Source of the DNA: Kondoa subrosea
Lineage: Eukaryota
Assembly: GCA_039545335.1 (NCBI GenBank)
Contig: BCIN01000010.1
Coordinates: 453,804-517,803 of the forward strand
Length of the DNA: 64,000 bases
Direction of reading: 5' to 3'
The position numbers and the translations under genes were made by a program. The notes under the pieces were generated by a model that worked only from the letters and a program-made list of their open reading frames with translations, was not told the origin of the DNA and did not search any database. Positions 39,981-52,183 of this stretch are shown piece after piece (positions within the stretch are counted from its first letter, which is position 1; each line of letters opens with the position of its first letter).

Positions 39981-41454
39981 TTACGCCAGCCTGTGTTTCT
40001 CTTCTTTCTCAAATTCTTTGATGCTTCCCGGCTTGTTGAAGTGCGGTAATCCTTCTCTTAATATTGCCAAACCAATTCTGTCAATACTTTAGCATTAAGA
40101 TCAGCAAACAGAATAACAGCCTTACTCAATAGCTATCAAGATGATGATGATCCATTCCAAACGATGACTCGTTCCCTGCGATACAATGTCAGCATGCTCC
40201 CCTTATTATAAGGCTGGTGACGGGAAACGAACTGAATCGGCCAAATCTAAGACAAGCTTTTGTACGTTTTCAGCGTAGTCTAACTTCTTGTTCATCACTT
40301 CTAATCGTGAATTGGCGTCCAGAGATCTGCATACATGGTGATACAAACGTTCTTGAGTTGTCGAAGCATCCCACATAAAGTCCGCTATGTCCACCTCTGA
40401 ACACCAGTATGCTATTTCGGCGAGATAGAAAGCTTACGATTGTCCAAAAGGTTACTTTCGCTTAGATTGAGCTGTTGTCGCATATTAAGTAGATAACCAA
40501 ATCCGGAAATGATTGCTTTTTTGCTTGGTATTTTGGCTCCCTTAACCAGAGATGAAGGTACACTCGATCCTCTTTCGAATGATATTAGGGATAGTAAACC
40601 CTGATAATGAGAATCACTGACGTCTCGATGAATTCGTCTAACGACTTCTCATATGCTGCCAATTTTGTGCTTCGCACTAAAGCAGCACTGACAGCCAACC
40701 GTAGGAGAATATCATTCTCGGTCATGGGTAGACCATTGCTCTTGGTTTTGGGTAAAATTGCAGGATCGAGGGAAGCGAGTTTGCCTGGTAGAGGTAAAGG
40801 AGAGAAGCGGACGAGCGGCGAGAATGTGTCATTAGATCCAGAAAAGATAGTCTGGCCGTCTTCTGATGCTTCGCTTTCAGCAGAAACTGCTGGAGAAATA
40901 GATAGACCTGGCAAGATGATTGTATTTCCTTTGACTAGAGGTAAGCCTTTCTCGTCCCTCAACGAATAGTCCATCGATTCCTCTTCTGTTCCACTCAATA
41001 ATGAATTGCTTTCGACACCTGGCGCTTTGATGATAGTGTTCATAAGCGTATCGATTTCTTCTTGTTCAGCGTTCCAGGCAACAAAACTCCCATTCTCGAA
41101 GATAAAAACTTCGCTTGAGCCAGTATTCGACCATCCAGACGGTAAGAGAACTGCTTCTCCAAGCAGATTGATAGCATCTGACGATTTCCCAGTACCGATC
41201 AAAGATAGTTTGGCTAGAGTCTTTTGCAGTCCATCAGTGGAGTATTCCTCAGCAGTACTGAATGCAGTGATTCTGCCTGAGGCTTTGATAGAAGGTAGCA
41301 GGCCAACGACCCTTTTTGATCGGCTTGGTTTTGGTTTGAGAGGTTTCGAGATTATATCAGTGAAATTGCTCGTGGACGCCCAGCGCTGGGGATATAGAGA
41401 GATCTTGGGTATTTTCTGCACCTGCTTGAAGCAGCTGAAGGCATAACTGTTCAT
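39981..41454 (-). CDS. DUF155 (RMD1/RMND1-like) protein, probably mitochondrial
   Basis: Basic presequence-like start, AFSTAEEY, VFIFENGSFVAWN, S.AL.RSTKL, LD...R...MN.KLDY and SHRLEWIII.LI.IE. Confidence 0.85.
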
Positions 41455-41525
41455 ACACTTCGACGTTTCGTGTCAAGAGAGCTTTCCAACTCGTTCAGCC
41501 AAGACTCAAGAGCAGTTCGACAGGC

Positions 41526-44164
41526 ATGTCTTATGTGGACGCCTATGATCCGTCAGTGCTCTTGCTGTAGTGTTGGGAATGAACGAGCTCAATCGCGATG
41601 CAGGGCTTTCCGCGGCAGAGTCTCGCTCAACTTGGCCTCACCTTCAGCCAATCCTTCAGGCAGCGTACCAGCTGATATCTTCTTGAGCTTACTCCTTTCA
41701 AAGTCTTTGCTTGCAATCGCGTTGTATACCACGAAAGTCTGGCTGCTCGACACAGGAATCTCGTGTTTGGCTATAACCTCTGGCTTCCTCTTGATAGGAG
41801 CTCTTGGAACTCTTTGCTTTGGAGGTGGAACGTATACCTCTGCAAGTCATAATAACAATGCTCCAACAAGCGCAAAAGGCAAGCGACAGAATGTAGATTG
41901 GTCGGAAATCGCGCTCTATGGGATTGGCATCGCGCTGGAGTGGACTTGCTTCTGGTTTGCGGTTCAAAAACTCAGCGTCCTCAAGTACGTGTATCTGTAT
42001 GTGCAAAATGTTGTGCTAAACTGGCACAAAAAGGGTGGTGCTGCTTTCGCAATACAATGTCTTCTGGTTCCCTTCGTTACTCTCTTCAGGTCATCTCAAA
42101 GCAACATCAAGAAACACGCTCTTTCTCGCGCTGGCCGCACTTTCTGTCACCTTCACTTCCGATTATTACTACCTCGCTACCCCAGCACCACCATTACTTC
42201 GAGGGTATGCAGCGCTAATCCTCTTTCTACTGCTCTCTGCACGTAGGAATGCTGCATTAGCACAACAAGCAAGTACAAACGCCTCAAGAATACATTCACT
42301 AGGTCTTCTACTTGGTGCTGCAGCTTTTCTCCCATTGGGTCTTTATGGCTATTTGACAACTTTCCCAAATCACTCGTCAGAATTGGCTTCGACTCTCTTA
42401 CCTTTATTACTTCTATCAGCTCTGACTCTACTCCTTCTTGATCCATTTGTTGATCGAACAGCTAGTAATAGTGCTGCCAAAGTAAAAGTCGTCAGTCTTG
42501 GCTATGCTCTTTGTGGAACAGCAAGCTGGTTCGTTGGTCTGGTTGCATTTGGTAAAAGATGGAGCTGGTTGGATGTTGGCTTGATCTGGGTCATTCGTTA
42601 TTGTGAGTTCTTATCAGGATAAGGTTGTCAGTGTATATCAGACCTCATTGCTGCACACAGGTGTCACTTCGATCGTGGCTGAAGTCTCACCAATGCATGG
42701 TTCCGGTTTTTCTACTACTCCAGGTTCAACGGTGACGAAAGTTGAAAACCTGAATTTGTTGGAAAGCTTTGAGCTCTTTGCTCGAAGATTGAGAGCTGTA
42801 GTCAAGACTATCATGAAGAATGATGACTCGAGACGGATTTATTATTTCCTATGCTTGAACTTCGGGTATATGGGAATACAATTGACGTGAGCTAGCCTTC
42901 TTGATCTGATCAACAGTGAGCGGAACTAATGTCTGCTTTTGTAGGTGGGGCATCTGGACGAATTCGCTTGGTCTCATTTCCGATTGTAGGTGTAAGAATG
43001 TGATCCCTTCCTCAGCGTGCTGAATGATGCACACAGCAATCCACATGTTCTTCGACAATGCAGCACTAGCACTAGGTCTCTTTGCATCGGTCATGTCAAA
43101 TTGGCCAAGAGACAGCGTCTTCACATATGGCTACTCTCGAGTCGAAACGCTTTCCGGATTCGCTAATGGTCTCTTTCTTCTTCTCATTTCCGTCTTCATT
43201 GTCTTCGAAGCCATTCAACGATTGATGGACCCACCTGAGATGAATACAAATCAATTGCTCACTGTTAGTGCTTTGGGATTAGCGGTGAACTTGGTCGGTT
43301 TAGTAGCTACTGGAGGACATCATCATCACGGCGGAGGTGGTCATTCGGTACATTTGCATGAATTCATGTTTGCGGGTCATAAGCTGATTTTCATTATACT
43401 CTCTAAACAGCACGGTCACTCACATGGACACTCGCACGGGGGTGATACAGATCATGGTGATCATTCCGGTGGATCTGGACATAGCCACAATATGAGCGGA
43501 GTCTTCCTGGTTTGCTGTCTCCAATTCCTTCTGCGTCTCCGCTGACAAAATGAACAGCACGTCATGGCCGATACCCTTGGTTCTGTTGGTGTCATCATAT
43601 CGACTTTGCTCATCAATAGGTCAGGCTCACAGAATGGTCCGCTAGTGAAAATTATAGTAATTGTCAATTTGGCAGATATGGCTGGACTGGCTTCGATCCG
43701 CTCGCATCTATCTTCATTGCCGTCCTTATTTTCGCTTCCGTTGTCCCTCTAGTACAAGATTCCGGCATGCTTCTCTGCCTCGACTTAGGACCAGACAGAG
43801 AAGAAGACGTTCGCAAAGCTTTGACGGAGCTTTCAACCGTTGAAGGCCTTTCATCATACGCTGCTGCTCGCTTCTGGCCTAAAGATCCTGACTCATTGGT
43901 CGGCAGCATTCACGTACAATTATTACCCAGTCCTTCAAGTCATGATCCAACAAGATCGACTTCTGAAAGTCCAAGCTACCAGCATTATCACAATATCGAA
44001 AAGGTCACTAAAAGGGTAGACCAAGTACTCCGAAAAGCTATCAGAGGGCTGACTGAGCTGAGTATACAAGTTGGTCGGTCGCAAATAATCGCGCTCCGTC
44101 TTTCGCTGATTAATCCGAGAAAGAACCAAGTGAAGGCATGAAGACTTGCTATTGCTTGACTTGA
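41526..44164 (+). CDS. MSC2: Cation diffusion facilitator zinc transporter, Msc2/Cis4/ZnT5-type
   Basis: Multi-TM N-terminal extension, NSLGLISDSIHMFFD, FTYGYSRVETLSGFANG, a His-rich loop and HNMSGVFLHVMADTLGSVGVI. The 3' end is approximate. Confidence 0.9.
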
Positions 44165-44570
44165 GGGCGTACTGGCAGATCGCATCTTTTATACTACCAT
44201 CTCAGATTGATATCCATGCCAATTATATTGCAAGTCGCTTGTCTTCCCTTTTCCACCATACTGGTGCACAAGGTCTCTTGCATCTGATATAAACAGGCAG
44301 CAGGTATCCGCCGAGAGGACCAAACAAAAGACACGCCCATGATTAACCCCGATCTCGATGGTTGACCCACGATGAAAATCGCGTCCTGAGCGATATTTAT
44401 CGCCGGATTTGAGCTATGTGTGCCAGTGATTCTCCTTTTTGCACTACCTCTCTGTCTCGCAGCCTCAATCTTGCTCTTCTAACACTCTTTTATTACATTC
44501 CCTTCGTTACTATTTCGCTTGCCGCACTTTCAATTCCACCTCCCAAATCTCTCCACACATCTTACGGCAT

Positions 44571-45985
44571 ATGAAGACCCGCTCTCTGCTATTAGCTTTG
44601 GCTATCGGCTCCTCTGTATCTGCCACTGGCGAGTTCTTTCACCTTGACCCTTAAAGATTTTGCTGATTCACTCGGTAGAGGAGAAGCGCGGTCTTATTGA
44701 GGCTGCAGTTGCTGTGATCAAATTGGGCAGGCTTCAACCTTTCTGCGCGTCCTATCTACAGACGTTGAAGCCAACAGCAACGTGGGTCCATATCTTACCT
44801 CTGAGTCGCTGATGACAGACGAGCGATGTCTATCATTACAGATCTACAGTCATTTTGCCTTCCACTTCGGTCGTCAGCACAAGTACTTCCACCATAATCG
44901 TTCCCACTACTGTCTATCAAGTCAGTGCCGTTTGATCTCTGTACGTCTATATGTCTGATCAGATGCAATAGACACAAACAACTGTCAGCGTAGAGACTGA
45001 TTACACTACAGTCGTGCGTAAACGATCGCCCCGTTGAGCCCTGTCTAAGATGATCTTATTATCGTACAGCAAAGCACCACCACAGTTGTTCAAAATTCAT
45101 TTGAAAAACGAGGGTCCATTCCAAATTGTCCTCTTGGTTTGCGATTATTCGCAGAGAATGTCATTCAAGCCGCTTGTGTTTCTGCTTTGAATGTCCCTTC
45201 ACCGTCACGTACAGCTCTTGCAACCTCAATTTCCACAATCAAAGCAACTGCAAGCGCGCTCGAAACTTCGATTCAACCCACGACCAACGTAGTCACTGAA
45301 ACTCAAGCAAGTACGACTTTATCAACTCAGCTGGCGGTCCAAACTGTCAGTATTTTGTCGGGAGAACCGCAAAACCCTTCGTTCGAATCCGGATCATTGG
45401 CTCCTTGTTAGTCATGAGTGGTCTGCGGTGAATTGCCTAATACTATGCGACAGGGTCTTTCCAAAAGAATGCGCCAACCTATCAAATCGTTACCGGAGCT
45501 AGCGACGCCGCAGACGGCAATAGCTACCTGTCAGTGTGCTATTCTTTCGCGTTGGGACATCACTAACGCATCTTGCCAGACGCATCGTTCAAAACACTGG
45601 GCCATACAGTTATTCCGGACCTGGTACTTGTGGAACTTCATACGTCACAACCTCAGCACCAGCTACCGAAGGTCAACTCTACAATATCAAGCTTTCTTAC
45701 CGCTCCATAATTGCACCTGGCTCTCAAGATACCTATGCCGGTGGACTTCAAATTCTAGGATCCAATGGTTGGCAGAGCTGCAATTCGCCCAGTTCAGACT
45801 GGCAAGAGTGCTCATATTCGAGTCTGCCGTATGAAAATAGCTTGGGCCCCTTTATTCAGGTTCAGTGGTAAGTCCTTTGTCGGTGTTAATCGAGACATAC
45901 TGACGAATCATGTAGCTGTGCGGGCTACTACACCGATCCAACCTTCTGTGATATAGACAATTTGGTTGTTACGCCTGCTTTGTAA
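44571..45985 (+). CDS. Secreted Ser/Thr-rich protein with a C-terminal carbohydrate-binding-like domain
   Basis: Signal MKTRSLLLALAIGSSVSA, a KR site, an FCASYL motif, a Thr-rich stalk, and QNPSFESGSLAPW...C.IDN.VV typical of CBM-like beta-sandwiches. Confidence 0.72.
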
Positions 45986-46449
45986 TGAGCAGCGGCGGTG
46001 TAGGTCCAAGGCTTGAGGTATTGAATTTATTCAAAAGCGTACAGGCAGTTGCAGTAGTGTCAGTTTTATGTGGAAATGTAGCTCATGTTTCATTTCGTTT
46101 ATCCCTTCGCTGCAGTCAAGTGCTTTACAAAAGCGAGATTCAACATGCTGTCACAATACCTCGCGTCTATGAATACTTACTGTCTACTATGAAGGTGTGG
46201 TAGAGCGATAGTGGAGCGCTCATGTCAGCTCTTGTCTGCCCAAGAGTACGAAGAAGAAGAAGGTACATATGCGCAGGCCAGGCTTACAAGCGGCAAGATT
46301 ACATCAACAACTTCGCTTGCACGATTGCATGTCGAGCACAAGCCGCTGGGCACATGAGAGATCCCAAAGCAGCATCAAGACAGGTAATCAATCAGATCAA
46401 AGATGTGATGAAACAGATTGATAGTCAGCACAATCGCTTCAGTGACACA

Positions 46450-46515
46450 AAGAAGAAGAAGAAGAAGGAGAAGAAGAAGAAGAAGAAGAAGAAGAAGAAG
46501 AAGAAGAAGAAGAAG
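46450..46515 (+). repeat. (AAG)n microsatellite, 22 units with one GAG interruption
   Basis: Directly visible in the sequence. Confidence 0.98.
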
Positions 46516-46841
46516 AACAAGAAAAGGCAGCAACAACAAATTGAGCAGCACTGGTATATCATGCTGGAAGGGATTGAACAAGAATTGAGAAAAATTGAGG
46601 AAGGAAGAGGAAGAAGGAAGTTTTGGGCACCTGACGCGTATAGGTGTTTGACATTTCACACTTTGTTTACCTTTAAGTCACCAAAAACTCGCTAAGAGGT
46701 CTTCTTTCCTTTTCTCACCTCTCTAGGCACCTTTCTTGGATTTGTCCACACTTAGCAGCACCTTCATACACACAGAAGAGTAGCGCTCACCCTCACAATC
46801 GAAATCTGTCCACACAAAAATCTATCAAAACAAACAGCAAT

Positions 46842-47634
46842 ATGTCTACCACAAGGAAAGCCAAAGGCTCCATCTTCGCTGTGCACTGCGATATGGATAT
46901 AGAAGAGCCGCAACAAGGAAGCAGCAGCGCTAGAAACATCAATGGCGTTCCTTTGAAGCGAAAACAGCATCCTTCAGCTCTAAGCAATAAAGAGAACACT
47001 TCAGCTCTCACATCTATAGCACCATCAAAGAAATCCACTCCTTTCAACGGCAAAATTCCATACGAACTCGCTTCGCCTGTTTCCAACCTCGCAGATCAAC
47101 TGTCGCAAACTCTAGGTTTCTTCGCACCTAATGATCCAGGAGCGAAACTACAGAATAAGAGGTTGAACAGTATGATGAGAGGAGAAGGAGGAAGTAAAGG
47201 AGATCCGATGAAGAAAGCTTCAAGTACTTCTGTCGTCTTCGGAAAACAGCAAGTGAAGGGGAAAGAAATGTGGAAAGCTTTGAGAGAAGAGACGGCTACA
47301 CCACCTCATTCACCTGTTCTGGCCAATGTTACGGAAGCGTATAATGGCAATGGGGGTTTCCACTTCTCGCCAATGGTAAGTTTCTTTGGCTTGTTGCTTC
47401 CTGTACTTTGACTGATATGATCAATACTAGACACCTAAACCTCAACCCTCTGATGCGTATGAGCTACCTACACCGACAGGCGGAAGGATTCTCGTCTTAC
47501 CGGATGCGGAAGATCACGCTGACGATCCAACCTCCAGCACAGTAGTGTATCAAGGATCACCAATCAAGAAGACTCGAGTGCAAAGGCCGACAATGAGACC
47601 GTTGGGCAGCAAAGCAAGAGGGCTGAGGTTGTAG
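46842..47634 (+). CDS. Hypothetical disordered protein with ABBA and KEN motifs (2 exons)
   Basis: ATG at 46842; intron 47376-47430 (GTAAGT..TAG); exon 2 is open to TAG at 47634. Confidence 0.7.
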
Positions 47635-48112
47635 CGAGAGGAAGAGAAGTCCGCTAACTCATGTAACAGGTGCAAGCTGCAAGGGGATTTAGACCGTTCT
47701 GTTTGTGCATAGACTTTGCTGCGTTGTAGTGTTGTGTGTAACATTTGCTTTTGTTCTGATACATCGCTGTGCAGCTTCACTGCTCGGCTGTTCCATACCG
47801 AGTCCAACAACTTCAACCCAATTTCCCTTTGTTAGTTCTGTACGTCCAGAAGAGGTTACATTCAGCCTGCTTTGCTACACACAGCAACGGCCTGGACTAT
47901 CTTCATCACACTAGCTAGGCGGCACGCTAGTCAGACTTGAAGTCGATCCATCCTATTGCTGTTTCGCGCTCAATAGGCAATGTCCGCTGCTGGCCTCAGT
48001 CAAATACACACACATTCTGCTACCCTTCTTTCAAGCTAAGACTCTTCATCGCCTGCCGTATTGTACTGTACAGCTGTACCCTGCTGTTCTCAGAAAGGCT
48101 TGAAAGCTCAAG

Positions 48113-50408
48113 ATGCTCAAGCTACAACAGAACTACAACGCGGCCAATGGGAACAACTCTGGCTCATCTGGCAACCAACAAAATGGCCAGCACTCCTTCT
48201 CGGGCTATAATCCTTACAATTTACCGCCCAATAATTACCACGGCCATCACGCTGGCGGAAACTTGCAACAACATGGCTATCCTAACAGCGGATCTTCCCT
48301 GCATTCGCAAACGCCTAATCCTAGAGAACGGCAAGTCCAATCTCAAGCGCAGTCCCAACCCGCACAAGCTATTTCACCAGCTTGGGCAAAGCAACTCGAA
48401 TATGCTGCTGCCTCTCGGATGGCTGCTTCACCTCATCATCACGCAAGGGTCGCACAATTGGAGAAAAGAGGTCACAACAGTTCAGCTCTGTCTATAGTTG
48501 ATCCGAAAGAAAAGCTGGTCTCGACAAGCGAAACATCTTTCATCTCTTCCTCTGGTCCACCTGGTCTCGCTCGCCCGGGTAGTGCAGTAGCTACTGCTCG
48601 GACTCTCTCACATAAGAAGACGGATTCTTTGGCCTCGGATAAATCTAAATCAGCCAGCAAAGCTTCTTCTTCACCTTCGCAATTGTCAGCATCAGAGAAA
48701 GAAACGGATGCCGGCTCCTCTTCCTGGTCAACTTTGGATATGGGAGGAATGTCACTCAAGAATCTCGCTCCAGCTCTCTTCGCCTATACTTTCTTGACCG
48801 CCCTATATATACCTCATAATTCCCTTACAACCTTACCTACAGCCTTATGTCAACTCAATCATTTGGTCCGGCTTGATGCGTCCTCAAACAAGCTCACTTC
48901 CGTTCCAGCTGAATTAGGCACTCTAACCTCCCTGCGCGAACTCTTCCTTTTCGACAACTTGATTGTCAATTTACCTCCCGAACTTGGCACACTTCATCTA
49001 CTAGACGTTCTTGGTATAGAAGGCAACCCATTGCAAGACTCATTACGAGTCATTGCGGAAAAAGATGGGACTTCAGGTCTAGTGGCTTTCTTGAGGGATA
49101 GTTGTCCAGTTCCTATGCCACCACAAGAAAGAGAATGGATCAATATCGATTTAGATGAATTACCTACAGCTGAGGATGCAGAAGACAAGAATGATGGATT
49201 CTCAGTCTTGAGTTATAATATTCTTTGCGAGAAATATGCTACAACGGCAATGTATGGTTATACACCATCTTGGGCTTTGAGCTGGGAATATAGAAAGGAA
49301 TTGGTTCTGCAGGAAGTGGTTGGCTACGAAGCAGATATTCTCTGCTTGCAAGTCAGTGGTTTCTATTTCGAAGTCGCGTTTCAAGCGATGCTGACGAATA
49401 ACCGGGCACAGGAAGTGGATGTAGAACAGTACGAAGAATATTTTGCGCACAACCTCAGCCAGCAAGATTACGATGGTGTCTACTATCCGAAATCTAGAGC
49501 AAGAACCATGTCGGGTGATGAAAGGCGGCACGTCGATGGATGCGCTATCTTCTACAAGTCAACAACGTATGTTCCGTGTCATATTCATGATTAGTGCTGA
49601 CGAAAGATGCAGTTTCGCCTTGGTTGAAGAACAGCTCATAGAATTCAGTCAGATCGCAATGCGTCGACCTGATTTTAAGAAGACTCAAGACATGTTCAAC
49701 CGAGTCATGACAAGAGACGATATCGCTGTCATTGCTTTGCTCGAGCACAAAGTGACCGGCGCAAGGTTGATTGTCGCCAATGTCCACATTTTCTGGAATC
49801 CAGAATTTAGGGATGTCAAGCTTGTTCAAGTCGCCATGTTGATGGATGAATTGGACAATATAGCCGAACGATTCTCTCGACTACCACCTCGCTTCGATCT
49901 TGCTGCCGATGCACCCTCATACAAGGAAGGAGGAGCACCAAAGATCCCAACCGTGATCTGCGGTGATTTCAACTCTGAACCTTCTTCCGGTGTATACGAA
50001 TACCTCTCGAAAGGTCGAGTATCGCATGATCATGACGATTTCGGTGATCATGTATACGGAACCTATACTTCAGATGGATTGCAACATCGGCTCAATCTCA
50101 AATCATCTTATCAATCCATCAATGAATTACCTTTCACCAACTACGTCCCTCACTTCAAAGGTGTTTTGGATTATATTTGGCATACCTCAAACACGCTCAA
50201 CGTTACCGGATTGCTTGGTGAAGTGGATCCGAATTACCTTTCGAAAGTTGTCGGTTTCCCAAATGCTGTAAGTAACCTTCCGTTCTTTTGTAGGAAATCA
50301 AATGCTAACTTTTTGTGATTGTAGCACTATCCTTCGGATCATATTTGCATTCTATCGGAATTCAAGTTCAAGCGACCTAAAGCTGCAGGTCTGGTCACCG
50401 CTCAATGA
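48113..50408 (+). CDS. CCR4: CCR4-NOT deadenylase Ccr4 (LRR + EEP domains)
   Basis: SPHHHAR, leucine-rich repeats, LSYNILCEKYA..MYGYTPSWAL, CLQEV, ICGDFNS and PSDH. Confidence 0.97.
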
Positions 50409-50574
50409 AAGGAAAGGAAGGAAGCAGGAAGAAAGTATAAGTAATGCATAGCTTCACATGTCTAGTCTAAAGTGTACTTGGAAAAAGGGGCGTAAAGAAG
50501 GTTTTTTTCATGTTTGCAACGTCAGGAGATGAAGATGAAAATGGACCAAGGGATATTTTTACGATCGATCAGAA

Positions 50575-51631
50575 TTAGGGCTCTGCACCCTCTTTTAATC
50601 TCGATAACAGAACTGATGTACATGTTCTCAAACCCGATAATTCTTTCCCACCTTCTTCAGCAAAACCTACTCCTGCCCATCGAATTTTTTGCTGCCAATC
50701 TACCAAGTATAGATAGCCTACATGCTTATTCAGCATCCCCAGTGGCTATGAGATGAAATGAGCAAGGTATTACCATTAAGAGAAGAAATGGAACTCACTT
50801 CTTTGAGCAATTCGATGTTTTGATTTGTCAGAAGATAATTCTCATGCTGTTCTAAAGGAACTTGTTTCCTCAGTGATGATAGGTACATTGAAACAAGCCA
50901 TGATTTGAGTAAGTTGTCTTGTAAATTGATCTGTCCGAACGACGATCAAGCTTGAAAGACAATTTCATTGAAAGGAAGAACTTACATTGACTATTTGGAA
51001 AAGAGGTTCAGAAGCTTGATCTTTTGCTATTGTCGGTAAGAAAGAATCGACATGTTCCTTTCCGCCTCAGCCTTAGCTCGAACAAATGGTCAACGGAGAA
51101 ACAATTTACTACAGAGATTTTGGTATTTAGAACAGCAACAAGGGAAACTTTATCTTTGAGTAGATCAGCAGTGTTCTTAGTCTCCTTATTCGCCAACGAG
51201 ATTCCTTGTATAGCAGGAAAATAGAGTGCTTTCTAGCGACACCTCACATTTTGATCAGTCCCCTCTGGTCCTCGGCAAGCGAGATTTATACGCACATCTG
51301 ATCGAATGACTGTTTCTGGAGCGATCCATAGTTTTCCTCCAGTATGCGACAATTGGCTCAAATCCTCAAAGTAAGATTTCGATAATTGCTTTGTTAAAAT
51401 CTTGCGCTCCTGTTTCCTTCCTTCTGAATCCAACAATCTTGACTTGACTGAAGGTTGTGGAGCTACTGAACTGCTGGGAGGTGTAGAAATACCTAAAGGT
51501 CGAGGTAAATAAGGTGGTCCTGCTATATTTGCTGACTTGATAGGTTTGGATTCGGTTGCGACATGTCTTGCACTAGGACTTGTCACGAGGATAGGCTCCA
51601 ACAGTCTTGCTCTCTTTGCCAAATTTTGCAT
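50575..51631 (-). CDS. ATP10: Mitochondrial ATP synthase assembly factor Atp10
   Basis: L.RPLG...PP, YF.DL......GKLWIAP, ALYFP and QINLQDNLLK.WL; presequence-like N-terminus. Confidence 0.88.
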
Positions 51632-51978
51632 GACGCCGTCGCGAATCAACGCGCTCTTGAAGAAAACGCGTTCTCATTGCCAAACAGCGATGTAAGCGAT
51701 ACTGACAGGCGACTAAATCATCGATATAACTATATGAACAGTCAATCAAGTGATTGCTCAAAAATCGCTGCGAAATGATTCTGATTCTCCAGTGATTGTC
51801 TCCTCAATTACTCTGTGCTGCCCTTACTGTACTGTATAGCATGCGGTCATGCTCAACCCCCTGACTAAATTCTCAGGTTTTGCTTCGATTGACTTCGAAT
51901 TCCGATTCCATTTTTGTATCTAGGCGCTTTGGCATGATAAATTCGAAACGGTTGTACGGCATGAGCCCATGGGCATTC

Positions 51979-51980
<2 letters not shown>

Positions 51981-52035
<55 letters not shown>
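51981..52035 (+). repeat. (CT)n microsatellite, about 27 units
   Basis: Directly visible, about 150 bp upstream of the ATG at 52184. Confidence 0.98.
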
Positions 52036-52039
<4 letters not shown>

Positions 52040-52183
52040 CCATTACTCTTATTCCGCGCTCACGTCTTGTGATCCATTCAAAATCCTCGCGGCACCGCGG
52101 ACCGTTTTTGCAATTTGCTATTCAAAGCTTTTCTAGTTCGTCCTTCCCCTTTTGCTCCCAACCATATTCTCGTTTCCTTAACC

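Noticed and set aside
40607..41446. Long plus-strand ORFs overlapping DUF155, and similar antisense ORFs over UTP22, CCR4 and ILV3
   Set aside because: Shadow ORFs of real coding exons on the opposite strand.
37697..44164. Gephyrin, CDF zinc transporter and nearby phosphate/peptide transporters as a metal or nutrient gene cluster
   Set aside because: They are interspersed with unrelated housekeeping genes, and no shared pathway or motif was seen.
46375..46659. Poly-Leu ORF on the minus strand
   Set aside because: It is the antisense translation of the AAG repeat.
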